A stretch of DNA of 64,000 nt. Source: Candidatus Eiseniibacteriota bacterium. GTDB taxonomy: Bacteria; Eisenbacteria; RBG-16-71-46. Positions 12,243 to 23,647 of the stretch are shown one piece after another. Position numbers and translations under genes: made by a program. The stretch is from the NCBI GenBank assembly GCA_963717935.1, contig CAVQXP010000004.1, positions 800,001 through 864,000 on the forward strand, read 5' to 3'. Each line of letters begins with the position of its first letter. Position 1 is the first letter of the stretch. The notes beneath the pieces are model-generated. The model saw only the letters and a program-made list of their open reading frames with translations. It did not search any database and was not told the DNA's origin.

Positions 12243-12527
12243 ATGGCGGCGGCCCAGTTCGATCTCTCGATCCTGACCCCCGAGCGCGCGGTATTCGAGG
12301 GCCGGGTGGAGTACGTGCAGGTGCCCGGCAGCGAGGGCTACCTGGGCGTGCTCGCCGGCCACGCGGCGCTGGTGACCGAGCTGGCCTCGGGGACGCTCAC
12401 CGTGCGCGAGCCGGGCGGAGACGAGCGGCAGTGGCAGGTGAGCGGCGGCTTCTTCGAGGTCGCCGACGACCGTGCCACGGTGCTCGCCGACGAGGTGAGT
12501 GGGGACGAGGTGGAGGAGCAGGGCTGA
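12243..12527 (+). CDS. atpC: ATP synthase F1 subunit epsilon, short form (N-terminal beta-sandwich only)
   Basis: ILTPE, PGSEGYLGVLAGHA, VSGGF, VLAD; ends about 10 aa after VLAD. Confidence 0.92.
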   Translation: MAAAQFDLSILTPERAVFEGRVEYVQVPGSEGYLGVLAGHAALVTELASGTLTVREPGGDERQWQVSGGFFEVADDRATVLADEVSGDEVEEQG

Positions 12528-12550
12528 GGCGGGTGCGCTCCCGGGACGGG

Positions 12551-12584
12551 TCGAGCGTCCGACGGGAGACGGTCGGGCGCTCGA
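12551..12584. terminator. GC-rich hairpin after atpC (terminator or 3' stabiliser; no U-tract)
   Basis: TCGAGCGTCCGAC / GTCGGGCGCTCGA arms with one G-U pair and an 8-nt loop. Confidence 0.4.
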
Positions 12585-12591
12585 GGGGGGG

Positions 12592-12792
12592 ATGCCGGTG
12601 ACGTCGGAATTCCCGGAGGATCTGCTGATCGCCCTGGCCCGCCAGCGGGGCCTCTCGCTCGACGCCGGGCGCGCGGCGGCGTTGCGGCCGCTGGCCGAGA
12701 GCCTGCTCGGCCGTCTCGCTCGCTTCGCCACGACGCTGACGCGCGATGCTGCGCCGCCACCGCCGGGGACCCTCGAGGGCCGCGAACCGTGA
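12592..12792 (+). CDS. Small protein (66 aa), GatC/AtzG-like amidase partner candidate
   Basis: Purine-rich SD GAGGGGG; LARQRGLSL..R...L pattern; GTGA overlap with the amidase start. Confidence 0.55.
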   Translation: MPVTSEFPEDLLIALARQRGLSLDAGRAAALRPLAESLLGRLARFATTLTRDAAPPPPGTLEGREP

Positions 12793-14183
12793 GCGACGAA
12801 GCCCTCTGCTTCCTGAGCGCCTCCGAGCTGGGCCGCCGCATCGCGCGGCGCGAGGTCTCGCCCGTCGAGGTCACGCGCGCCCACCTGGCGCGCATCGGGC
12901 GCCTGGACGCCACGCTCGGCGCGTTCCTGACGGTCACGGCCGAACGGGCGCTGGAGGCGGCGGCGGCGGCCGAGCGCGAGATCGCCGCGGGGCAGGGCCG
13001 CGGGCCGCTGCACGGCGTGCCCCTGGCGCTCAAGGACCTCTTCGACACCGCCGGCGTGCGGACGACCGCGGGCTCGAGGATCCTGGCGGAGAACGTGCCC
13101 GCACGCGACGCCGCCGCGGTCGAGCGCCTGCGCGCGGCCGGGCTCGTGCTGCTCGGGAAGACGAACCTGCACGAGTTCGCCTATGGCACGACGAGCGACA
13201 ACCCTCACTACGGCCCCTGCCGCAATCCCTGGGACCGGGAGCGCAGCCCGGGGGGCTCGAGCGGCGGCAGCGGCGCGGCACTCGCGGCCGGCCTGTGCGC
13301 CGCCTCGCTCGGCACGGACACCGGCGGCTCGATCCGCATCCCGGCGGGCGCCTGCGGCGTGGCCGGGCTCAAGCCCACCCTGGGCCGCCTGAGCCGCCGC
13401 GGGGTGACGCCGCTGGCGTGGTCGTTCGACACCGTGGGGCCGATGGCGCGCGCGGTCGGGGACGTGGCGCTGCTGATGAACGCGATCGCCGGGCCGGACG
13501 CGGAGGACGAGTGGTGCGTCGCGCGGCCGGCGGAGGACTTCGCGCGCGGTCTCGAAACCGGAGTGCGCGGGCTCGCGCTCGGCGTGCCGGGCGAGTGGTT
13601 CTTCGATGGCGTCGAACCCGACATCGAGGCGGCGGTGCGCGCGGCCATCACCGTGCTGGAGCGCGAAGGCGCCCGCCGCGTGGAGGTCTCGCTCCCGGGG
13701 ATGGCCGACGCGCACACGGCGCACCACGCCATCCTGGCGGCCGAGGCGGCCGCGTTCCACGGCCCCTGGCTGCGCGAGCGGCCGGACGACTACGGCAGCG
13801 ACGTGCGGCGCGGGCTCGAGCTGGGGCAGCTCATCCCGGCGGTGGACTACGTCAACGCGCGGCGGGTACAGTCGGCCGTGCGGGCGACGTTCCACGCCGC
13901 GTTCTCGGAAGCCGACGTGCTGGTCACGCCCTGCCTGCCGCAGCCGCCGCCGGGCGTGGGCGAGCCCATGTCGCGCGAGCCAGCGGTGGCGTGGAACCGC
14001 CTGCTGACGCCGGTGAACGTCACGGGCTTCCCCGCGCTCTCGGTGCCGTGCGGCTTCGACGGCCTGGGGATGCCCGTGGGCCTGCAGCTCATCGGGCGCC
14101 CGTTCGACGAGGCGCTGCTGCTGCGCGCGGCGCGCGCCTACGAGCGGGCGACGGAGTGGAGCACGATGCGGCCGCCGGTCTGA
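12789..14183 (+). CDS. Amidase-signature family enzyme
   Basis: KD, GKTNLHEFA, GGSSGGS, GTDTGGSIRIPA (Lys-cisSer-Ser triad). Confidence 0.93.
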   Translation: MSDEALCFLSASELGRRIARREVSPVEVTRAHLARIGRLDATLGAFLTVTAERALEAAAAAEREIAAGQGRGPLHGVPLALKDLFDTAGVRTTAGSRILAENVPARDAAAVERLRAAGLVLLGKTNLHEFAYGTTSDNPHYGPCRNPWDRERSPGGSSGGSGAALAAGLCAASLGTDTGGSIRIPAGACGVAGLKPTLGRLSRRGVTPLAWSFDTVGPMARAVGDVALLMNAIAGPDAEDEWCVARPAEDFARGLETGVRGLALGVPGEWFFDGVEPDIEAAVRAAITVLEREGARRVEVSLPGMADAHTAHHAILAAEAAAFHGPWLRERPDDYGSDVRRGLELGQLIPAVDYVNARRVQSAVRATFHAAFSEADVLVTPCLPQPPPGVGEPMSREPAVAWNRLLTPVNVTGFPALSVPCGFDGLGMPVGLQLIGRPFDEALLLRAARAYERATEWSTMRPPV

Positions 14184-14260
14184 GAGAGGCCGTGGGCGTC
14201 GTCCCGGCCGGGTCGAGAGCGCGGCGCGGGCGCCGCTGGCGACTTCCAGAGGAGAGTGGC

Positions 14261-14605
14261 ATGGTGGACCACGAATGGGTCCGGGAGTTCCCCGGCGCTG
14301 TCACGGTGTGCGATTCGAAGGGCATCATCCTGGAGATGAACGAGCGCTCGGTGAAGAGCTTCGCCGACGAGGGCGGCGCGGCGCTGATCGGCACGAACGT
14401 GCTCGACTGCCACCCCGAGCCGGCGCGCAGGAGGCTGGACGGGCTGCTCGCCTCGGGGAAGGCGAACGCCTACACCATCCAGAAGAACGGCGTGAAGAAG
14501 CTCATCTACCAGGCGCCCTGGTACCACGGTGGCAAGTACGCCGGGTTCGTGGAGTTGTCGCTGGAGATCCCGTCCGAGATGCCGCACTTCGTGCGCGGGA
14601 CGTGA
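14261..14605 (+). CDS. Stand-alone PAS-domain protein
   Basis: VTVCD..G.I..MN, LIGTNVLDCHP, GKYAGFVE; SD AGAGGAG. Confidence 0.78.
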   Translation: MVDHEWVREFPGAVTVCDSKGIILEMNERSVKSFADEGGAALIGTNVLDCHPEPARRRLDGLLASGKANAYTIQKNGVKKLIYQAPWYHGGKYAGFVELSLEIPSEMPHFVRGT

Positions 14606-14679
14606 GGGGGGCGTCGATCCGGCGTCCCGTCGTGGCTGCAGAGACACGGGCTGGAATGGCCATTCCGCAGGAGGGGCCC

Positions 14680-14859
14680 ATGGGTGAGAGGTCCAGACAC
14701 GAATCCCGTTCGGTGGACGCGGGCGCGCTCGCCGGCCCGCTCTGGTTCGCGGGCTGGCTGTTCACGCTCGGCTTTCTGAAGCTGACGCTGCTGAAGGCGC
14801 TGTTCGCCCTGGCGGTCTGGCCCTACTACCTGGGTGCGGCGCTGAGGCTGCCGAAGTAG
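14680..14859 (+). CDS. Small two-TM hypothetical membrane protein (59 aa)
   Basis: SD GGAGG; hydrophobic GPLWFAGWLFTLGFLKL...VWPYYLG. Confidence 0.6.
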   Translation: MGERSRHESRSVDAGALAGPLWFAGWLFTLGFLKLTLLKALFALAVWPYYLGAALRLPK

Positions 14860-14926
14860 CGCCCGCAAGATCGCGACCGCCCGGCAGGTCACCCCGCCGG
14901 GCGGTCCGCCTCGCGCGTGTGGACGC

Positions 14927-16153
14927 TCAGCCCTTCGCGGCCCCCGCGGTCACCCTCCCGGGGTACGCGGCCAGCGCGGCGCCCAGGCACTTCATCGCGC
15001 GCCTGAGCTTCGCCTCCTCCAGCACGTAGGCGATGCGCACCTCGTCCCTGCCCAGGCCGGGCGTGGCGTAGAAGCCGTCGGCGGGCGCGACCATCACGGT
15101 CTCGCCGTCCAGCGCGAAGTCCGCGAGCAGCCACTCGGCGAACGCGTTGGCATCGTCCACGGGCAGCCGCGCGCAGATGTAGAACGCGCCCTCGGGCTTG
15201 CGCACCAGCACGCCGGGGATGGCGGCGAGCGATTCGAACACCACGTCGCGGCGCTTCTGGTACTCGGCGACCACGCCCGCGATGTAGGACGCGGGCACCT
15301 CGGTGAGCGCGGTACAGGCGTACTGCTCGACCGTGGGCGGGCACAGGCGCGCCTGGCCGAAGCGCATGATCGCCGCCATGAACTCCCGGTTCCGGCTGAC
15401 GATGTTCCCGATGCGCGCGCCGCACAGCGAGTAGCGCTTGGAGACCGAGTCCACCACCACGACCTGCTGCTCCATCCCCGCGAGGGTGAGCACCGAGCGG
15501 TGCCTGCGGCCCTCGTAGACGAACTCGCGGTAGACCTCGTCGGCGATGAGCATCAACCCGCGCTCGCGGCAGATCGCGGCGAGCAGGTCGATCTCGGCAT
15601 CGCTGTAGACGGTGCCGGTCGGGTTGTTGGGCGAGCAGATGAGCACGGCGCGCGTGCGGGGCCCGATCTTCGCCTCGATGGTGGCGCGTGGGGGCAGGTG
15701 GTAGCCGTCCTCGGCGCGGGTCGTCACGGGCACGGGCTCCACGCCCAGCATGGCGGCGAAGCCGTTGTAGTTGGTGTAGAAGGGCTCGAAGACGATCACC
15801 TGTTCGCCCGCGTCGCAGAGCGCGCCGAGGGTGAAGAGGATCGCTTCGCTGCCGGCGGTGGTGACGAAGATCTCCTCGGCGGAGAGCCTCACGCCCAGCC
15901 CGCCGTAGTAGGAGCGCAGCGCCTCGACGAACTCCGGCAGCCCCTGCGAGGGGCCGTAGGGGACATAGGTGTCGCCGTAGGAGCGCAGGCGGTCGAGGAT
16001 GGCCTTGGGCGTGGGGATGTCGGGCTGCCCGATGTTGAGCGGATGGACCGTCTTGCCCGCCTTGCGGGCCGCGATGGCGAAGGGCGCGAGCCGGCGGATG
16101 GGCGATGCCGGCATCTGCTGCGCGCGCCTGGACAACGGTGATGTGCTGGACAT
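14927..16153 (-). CDS. PLP-dependent class I/II aminotransferase (AspC-like)
   Basis: LNIGQPD, CSPNNPTG, DEVY, DSVSKRYSLCGARIG; ATG at 16153 after GGAGG. Confidence 0.92.
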   Translation of the reverse strand: MSSTSPLSRRAQQMPASPIRRLAPFAIAARKAGKTVHPLNIGQPDIPTPKAILDRLRSYGDTYVPYGPSQGLPEFVEALRSYYGGLGVRLSAEEIFVTTAGSEAILFTLGALCDAGEQVIVFEPFYTNYNGFAAMLGVEPVPVTTRAEDGYHLPPRATIEAKIGPRTRAVLICSPNNPTGTVYSDAEIDLLAAICRERGLMLIADEVYREFVYEGRRHRSVLTLAGMEQQVVVVDSVSKRYSLCGARIGNIVSRNREFMAAIMRFGQARLCPPTVEQYACTALTEVPASYIAGVVAEYQKRRDVVFESLAAIPGVLVRKPEGAFYICARLPVDDANAFAEWLLADFALDGETVMVAPADGFYATPGLGRDEVRIAYVLEEAKLRRAMKCLGAALAAYPGRVTAGAAKG

Positions 16154-16346
16154 CGAGACCTCCTGGGGACCGGCCCGCGACGCGCGTCCCCGCCGGAGCG
16201 GGCGCGGCACCCGGACGAAGCGGACCGAAGCGCCGGGAGTCTAGCGCACAGAAGGCTCGCACTGCGAGTCGCGCAGCGGTACTCTCCGGCCTGGTTCGTG
16301 GCGCACGGTCGCCGGTCATGGCACATCGGAACAGGCAGCCCGGAGG

Positions 16347-18504
<2,158 letters not shown>

Positions 18505-18509
<5 letters not shown>

Positions 18510-18532
18510 GCGGGCCGGCGGGGCCGCTCAGC
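18505..18532. terminator. Hairpin spanning the stop codons of the convergent speA and M32 genes
   Basis: GCTGAGCGG ... CCGCTCAGC inverted repeat. Confidence 0.4.
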
Positions 18533-20057
18533 CCCGCCGGGGCCCGTCCCCGTTGAGTCCGTAGAGTGGCTGGTACTTGCGCCACAGGTACTCGAGGTAG
18601 GGCTCGATGCTCATCGTCCGGCCCGTGGCGCGTTCGACCAGCTCGTCGGCGGTGAACTTGGCGCCGTGCTGGTAGACGTTCTCCCGGAGCCAGGCGTGGA
18701 GCGTGCCGAACTCACCACGCGCGATCTCGCCGGGGATCGCGGGGTGCGCGCGGATCGCGGCCTCGAAGAACTGAGCGCTCAGGATGTTCCCGATGGTGTA
18801 GCCCTGGAACTGTCCGCCGATCAGGTCCGCGTACCAGTGCACGTCCTGCAGCGCGCCGTCCCGGTCGTCGGCCGGCTCGATGCCGAGGTCCGCCTTCATG
18901 CGCGCGCGCCAGGTGTCCGGGAGGTCCTTCACGGCCAGCCGGCCCTCGAGCAGGTCCAGTTCGAGGTCGAAGCGCAGCATGACGTGCAGGTTGTACGTGA
19001 CCTCGTCGGCATCGGTACGGATGAGTGAGCACGAGACCTTGTTGATGGCGCGGTAGAAGGCATCGAGCGGAGCCGATTCGAGCTGTGCCGGGAAGGCGGC
19101 CTGCAGCCGCGGGTAGAAGTGCTCCCAGAAGCCGCGGCTGCGCCCGACCAGGTTCTCCCACAGGCGCGACTGGCTCTCGTGCACGCCGGCGGAGGCGCCT
19201 TCGGCCAGCGGCAGGCCTTCGTACTCGCGGCGGATGCCCTGCTCGTAGAGCGCGTGCCCGCACTCGTGCAGTGTGCTGAAGAGCGCGTCAGTGAGGTCGT
19301 CCTCGCGCACCCGCGTGGTGATGCGCACGTCGCCGAGCGAGAGCTTGGTCATGAACGGGTGGTGGGTCTTGTCCTGGCGGCCGCGTTCGAAGTCGTAGCC
19401 GTAGCGCTGGATCACCGAGGCGCCGAATGCCAGCTGATTGGCCTCGGGCGCGTGCTGATGGAGGCACGAGTCGTCGGCGGGCGGCCGCGCGGTGATGGCG
19501 CGTACCAGCGGCACCAGACGCGCACGCAGCTCGGTGAACAGGGCGCGCACGGACGCCGCCTTCATGCCGTGGTCCGAGTGGTCGATGAGCGGATCGGCGA
19601 TGGATTCGTAGCCGGGGAAGAAATCGGCCAGCCGGCGCGAGAGGTCGAGGGTCTTCTCGAGCAGGGGGCGCATGCGGGCGAAGTCGTTCGCCGGGCGGGC
19701 CTCGGTCCACGCCTGGTAGGAGTGCGTGTCGTGCTCGCTCAGCTCCGAGACGAAGGCGGCCGGCACCTTGGTCGCGCGGTCGTACTCGCGGCGCGTCACG
19801 CGCACCAGGGAGGCCTCGTCCGAATCGTGGGGCAGGTCCCGGGTCTCGCGCTCGAGCTCGTCGAGCAGCCGCCCGAGCGCGGCGTCGGTGAACTTCTCGT
19901 GGGCGAGGCGGCCCAGCGTGGCCGTCTGCCGCCCGCGCGCCCTGGCCCCGCCGGGTGGCATGTAGGTCGCCTGGTCCCAGCGCAGCACCGCGGCCGCCGA
20001 GCCAAGGTCGTTCACTTCGAGCAACCGGGCCTTCAGTTCGTCGAGTCGTGCGCTCAT
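18528..20057 (-). CDS. Carboxypeptidase M32 (Taq carboxypeptidase family)
   Basis: HPF, DVRITT, HECGHALYEQ, HESQS, IRTDADE, GALQDVHW. Confidence 0.96.
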   Translation of the reverse strand: MSARLDELKARLLEVNDLGSAAAVLRWDQATYMPPGGARARGRQTATLGRLAHEKFTDAALGRLLDELERETRDLPHDSDEASLVRVTRREYDRATKVPAAFVSELSEHDTHSYQAWTEARPANDFARMRPLLEKTLDLSRRLADFFPGYESIADPLIDHSDHGMKAASVRALFTELRARLVPLVRAITARPPADDSCLHQHAPEANQLAFGASVIQRYGYDFERGRQDKTHHPFMTKLSLGDVRITTRVREDDLTDALFSTLHECGHALYEQGIRREYEGLPLAEGASAGVHESQSRLWENLVGRSRGFWEHFYPRLQAAFPAQLESAPLDAFYRAINKVSCSLIRTDADEVTYNLHVMLRFDLELDLLEGRLAVKDLPDTWRARMKADLGIEPADDRDGALQDVHWYADLIGGQFQGYTIGNILSAQFFEAAIRAHPAIPGEIARGEFGTLHAWLRENVYQHGAKFTADELVERATGRTMSIEPYLEYLWRKYQPLYGLNGDGPRRG

Positions 20058-20174
20058 CGAAGCACTCCGAGGGGGACGGTGTGCGGGCGCTGCCGGGCAG
20101 GGGCGCGTCGTGCCCCTCTGGCTACATGAAGCGCTAGATTACCCGGCTTTCGCGCGAGCGCAAGCGACGGGCCG

Positions 20175-20843
20175 TCACTTCCTCCGGCCGACCGGCATGA
20201 GCGCGAGCGCCTCCCAGCCGGGAGGCAGGCCGAGTGCGCGGCGCACGGCCGTCTGTTCGAAGCCGCCGACCATCACCGTGCCCAGGCCCAGCACGGTGGC
20301 CTCGAGGTACACGTCCTGCACGACGAAGCCCGCCTCCATGCCGAGCCAGCGGGCCGCGCTGGAGCGGAATCTCTCCGCGGCGAGCGCGCTGTCGCCGGCC
20401 ACGGCGACGACCGCGGCGGCGTGCTCGATGCTCGCCTGCCCGCGCGCGGCCGCGGCCAGCGGGCCGCGTGGGTCACCGGCGGTGACCAGCGCGAGCGCGT
20501 GCTCCGTCGGTTCGTAGCGGTAGATGCCGGCCGACAGCCCGGTGACGTCGTTGGCCACCAGCCAGACCTGGAGCGGGTAGACCGCGCGCGCCGAGGGCGT
20601 GGCGCGCTTGCCGTCGGGACCGGTGATGCCCTGCGCCACCCACAGGAGCTGGGAGACCTCGGCGAGCGTGAGCGCGCCGGGCGCGTACTCGCGCACCGAG
20701 CGGCGCTGGGCGATGGCCTGTTCGAGCGTGACCTTGCCGGTCGTGTCGGGCTTCGGCAGTGCCACGGTCCGCGGCTCCGCGGCGAAGGAGACCGCCCCGG
20801 CGAGCAGGGCGGTGACGAGCAGGGAGACGATGTGGCGCTTCAT
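20175..20843 (-). CDS. SagB/ThcOx-like nitroreductase-family flavoprotein with signal peptide
   Basis: RRSVREY, LLWVAQG, RATPSA..YP, EAG...Q..YL, VGGF; hydrophobic N-terminus ending in SFA-A. Confidence 0.85.
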   Translation of the reverse strand: MKRHIVSLLVTALLAGAVSFAAEPRTVALPKPDTTGKVTLEQAIAQRRSVREYAPGALTLAEVSQLLWVAQGITGPDGKRATPSARAVYPLQVWLVANDVTGLSAGIYRYEPTEHALALVTAGDPRGPLAAAARGQASIEHAAAVVAVAGDSALAAERFRSSAARWLGMEAGFVVQDVYLEATVLGLGTVMVGGFEQTAVRRALGLPPGWEALALMPVGRRK

Positions 20844-20861
20844 GTACGGCCTCCGTTGGGA

Positions 20862-21443
20862 TCAGCGCGGGCGCTGGTAGGTGCCGATGAGTTCGGCCCG
20901 AGCGAGCACGTGGCCCGCGAAAGCCTTCTCGAGCGCGGCCTTCGTGGGGCGATGCAGGTCTGGCAGCACGATATCGAGTGCGTAGAGCTTGTGGAAATAG
21001 CGGTGCCGCCCGGCGGGCGGGCAGGGGCCGCGCCAGCCGGGCCGCTTCCAGTCGTTGAGTCCCTCGCGCGCGCCCGGCGGCAGGTGCGCCGCCGTGAGGC
21101 CCCCGGCCAGCGAGGTGGCGGAGGCGGGGAGGTCATAGAGGACCCAGTGGACCCAGACCACCTTCGGAGCGGCCGGGTCGGGCGCATCGGGATCGTCCAC
21201 GACGAGCACGAAGCTCTTCGTGCCCGCGGGCGCGCCGGTCCACGCGAGCGGCGGGGAGACGTCCTCGCCAGCGCAGGTGTGGCGCTTCGGGATCTCGCCC
21301 AGGTGCCCGAAGGCGGGCGAGGTGAGGCGGAGAGACATGGCGGGCTCCTTCCTCCCGGGTGCGGTCTTCGGAGCGGTGGCCGGCGCGCCACCCGAGCCGG
21401 CCACAACGAGGCCGAGGGCGGCGACGAGCAGGGTCATCCTCAT
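20862..21443 (-). CDS. YbhB/YbcL (PEBP/RKIP-like) protein with signal peptide
   Basis: LTSPAF, SPPLAW, DDPDAP, WVHW, GPCPPAGRHRY; ATGA overlap with the amrS stop. Confidence 0.92.
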   Translation of the reverse strand: MRMTLLVAALGLVVAGSGGAPATAPKTAPGRKEPAMSLRLTSPAFGHLGEIPKRHTCAGEDVSPPLAWTGAPAGTKSFVLVVDDPDAPDPAAPKVVWVHWVLYDLPASATSLAGGLTAAHLPPGAREGLNDWKRPGWRGPCPPAGRHRYFHKLYALDIVLPDLHRPTKAALEKAFAGHVLARAELIGTYQRPR

Positions 21444-22510
21444 CGTGGGGTCTCCTTCGGGACCGGGGTCTTCCAGCGGCCGGGCACGGCCCCGCCGCAA
21501 TCGGGACAGCGGCCGTCCACGAGCCGGTCCTCCAGCACCTCGTGCCACGAGCGCCGGAGGAGCAGCCGCCCGCAGGCCGGGCAGGACGTATGGGCGCCCT
21601 CGCCGAGCACGTTGCCCTCGTAGACGTAGCGCAGCCCGGTCTCGCGCGCGATGCGGCGCGCGGCGCGCAACGAGGCCGGCGGCGTGGGCGGCAGATCGCG
21701 CAGCCGGAAGTCAGGGTGGAAGGCGGTGAAGTGTACGGGCACGTCGGGTCCGAGGTGCTCGAGCACCCAGTCGGCCAGCCGCCGCACGTCGCCCGGGCGG
21801 TCGTTCAGCGTCGGGATGACGAGGTTCGTGATCTCCACCCACGCACCGGTCTCGTCCCGGAGCCGGCGCAGCGTGTCCAGCACGGGCGCGAGCCGGGCCA
21901 GCGTGTGGCGGCGGTAGAACTCGTCGCTCAGCGCCTTGAGGTCCACGTTGACGGCCGCGACGTGATCGTAGATGTCGTGGAACGCCTCGGGCGTGACGTA
22001 GCCGTTCGTGATCATCACGGTCGCGATGCCGTGCTCCCGCGCGGCCGCGCAGACATCGAGCACGTACTCGGCCCAGATCGTGGGCTCGTTGTAGGTGAAG
22101 GCGATCGAGGGGCAGTCCCGTTCGCGGGCGAGCGCGACCACGTCCGCGGGTGTGAGCCGCCGCGGAGTGGCCGGTTCGTGGCGCGCGTGGGAGAGGTCCC
22201 AGTTCTGGCAGAAGCAGCAAGCCAGGTCGCAACCCGTGGTCCCCAGCGAGAGCACGCTCGTGCCAGGCAGGAAATGGAAGAGCGGCTTCTTCTCGATGGG
22301 GTCCACCTGCACGGCGGCGGGCGCGCCGTATCCCAGGCTGACGAGCCGCCCGCCCTGGTTCACGCGCAGGGAGCAGAAGCCGGCCTGTCCGTCGCGCAGG
22401 CGGCAGTGGCGCGGGCAGAGAAGGCAGTGGACGCGCCCGTCCGGCGCGGTCTCCCACCAGCGCGCCGCGTGCGGGACGGCGATTCCAGGGTCGGGATCCG
22501 GGTTCGACAA
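21440..22510 (-). CDS. amrS: AmmeMemoRadiSam system radical SAM enzyme
   Basis: N-terminal CLLCPRHC, DPIEKKPLFHF, CDLACCFCQN (CxxxCxxC), FTYNEP, C-terminal CPACG/CPDCG; TTG start after GGAGG. Confidence 0.9.
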   Translation of the reverse strand: MSNPDPDPGIAVPHAARWWETAPDGRVHCLLCPRHCRLRDGQAGFCSLRVNQGGRLVSLGYGAPAAVQVDPIEKKPLFHFLPGTSVLSLGTTGCDLACCFCQNWDLSHARHEPATPRRLTPADVVALARERDCPSIAFTYNEPTIWAEYVLDVCAAAREHGIATVMITNGYVTPEAFHDIYDHVAAVNVDLKALSDEFYRRHTLARLAPVLDTLRRLRDETGAWVEITNLVIPTLNDRPGDVRRLADWVLEHLGPDVPVHFTAFHPDFRLRDLPPTPPASLRAARRIARETGLRYVYEGNVLGEGAHTSCPACGRLLLRRSWHEVLEDRLVDGRCPDCGGAVPGRWKTPVPKETPR

Positions 22511-22632
22511 CGGCGACCTCCGGGCCGGATTGTACGCCGCCGTCTCCGCAAAGCGCAGCGCCCGGTGCGCGAGCCGCGCCAGGCCCGCCGGTCCGGCCCG
22601 CAGGCCCGGCGGCGCGAACGGCCTGGAACGAC

Positions 22633-22661
22633 GCGGGCGGCCGCCTTGAGCGGCCGCCCGC
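22633..22661. terminator. Hairpin downstream of the cyclophilin gene
   Basis: Perfect 12-bp stem GCGGGCGGCCGC / GCGGCCGCCCGC, loop CTTGA. Confidence 0.5.
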
Positions 22662-22685
22662 GCCGTTCATCGACCCGGATGCGGG

Positions 22686-23393
22686 TTACTTCACCTCGAC
22701 GGTGACCTTGGTCATGCTCAGCGGCTCGGACGTACGACCGCTCTGCGAGCCCGCCGCCTCGAGCTTCTTCACCACGTCCAGCCCCTCGACCACCTCGCCG
22801 AAGATGGTGTGCTTGCCGTCGAGCCAGGGCGTGGGGACGAAGGTGAGGAAGAACTGGCTGCCGTCGGTCCCGGGACCCGCGTTGGCCATCGAGAGCAGGC
22901 CGCCCTTGTTGTGCTTCACGCTCGGGCTGAATTCGCCGTTGAAGCCATAGCCCGGGTTGCCCGTGCCGGTGCCGAGCGGGCAGCCGCCCTGGGCCATGAA
23001 GTTGGTGATGACGCGGTGGAACGGGATGCCGTCGTAGAAGCCCAGCTTCGTCAGGTAGAGGAAGTTCGTCACGTGCATGGGCGCGACGCCGGGCAGGAAC
23101 TTGATGAGGATGTCGCCCTTGTTCGTGACCATGCGCGCGAAGTAGGTGTGTGCCTTGTCGAAGGACGCGACCGGGGGCTTGGGCAGCGAGGTCTTCCAGC
23201 CCGGCTTGGTCTTGTCGATCTTCGCGGTGGCGATGAACTGGTCGAGCTGCTGCATCGCGGAGTCCTTGATCTGGGCCGGAGCGGCCACGGTCTTGGCGGG
23301 CGTCTTGGCGACGGTCTTCTTGGGCGTGTCGGCGGCGGTCGCCAGACTCGCGCAAACCGCCAGAATGGTGACGGACAGCAACAGGCGCTTCAT
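22686..23393 (-). CDS. Exported cyclophilin-type peptidyl-prolyl isomerase
   Basis: Signal peptide MKRLLLSV...; FHRVI..FMAQGG, SMANAG, GSQFF, WLDGKHTIFG. Confidence 0.94.
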   Translation of the reverse strand: MKRLLLSVTILAVCASLATAADTPKKTVAKTPAKTVAAPAQIKDSAMQQLDQFIATAKIDKTKPGWKTSLPKPPVASFDKAHTYFARMVTNKGDILIKFLPGVAPMHVTNFLYLTKLGFYDGIPFHRVITNFMAQGGCPLGTGTGNPGYGFNGEFSPSVKHNKGGLLSMANAGPGTDGSQFFLTFVPTPWLDGKHTIFGEVVEGLDVVKKLEAAGSQSGRTSEPLSMTKVTVEVK

Positions 23394-23647
23394 CGTCGGT
23401 TCTCCTCCATGGGTTCCTGTGGACTCGGCTTGCGTCGCGCCGGACCCGCGGCAGGGTGCAGCGGGTGCCCCGGCGGGCGCTGCCCGGGTCCGGTCGCAGG
23501 AGCGCGGGAACCCTACCATCCCCGCGGCTTGGAGGGCGAGTGCCGCGGGGGCCTCGATGTCAGGAGGCCGTGAAGCCTGCCGCGCGGCGACGGCCTCCGG
23601 AACGGAAGCCCCCTCTGGGGGGGGCGAGGCGGAAGCGCGCGGCGGGA

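Noticed and set aside
12789..14183. gatA of the Glu-tRNA amidotransferase
   Set aside because: No gatB is adjacent, and the motifs read HEFAYG and SIRIPA rather than the GatA-typical DEFAMG and SIRQPA.
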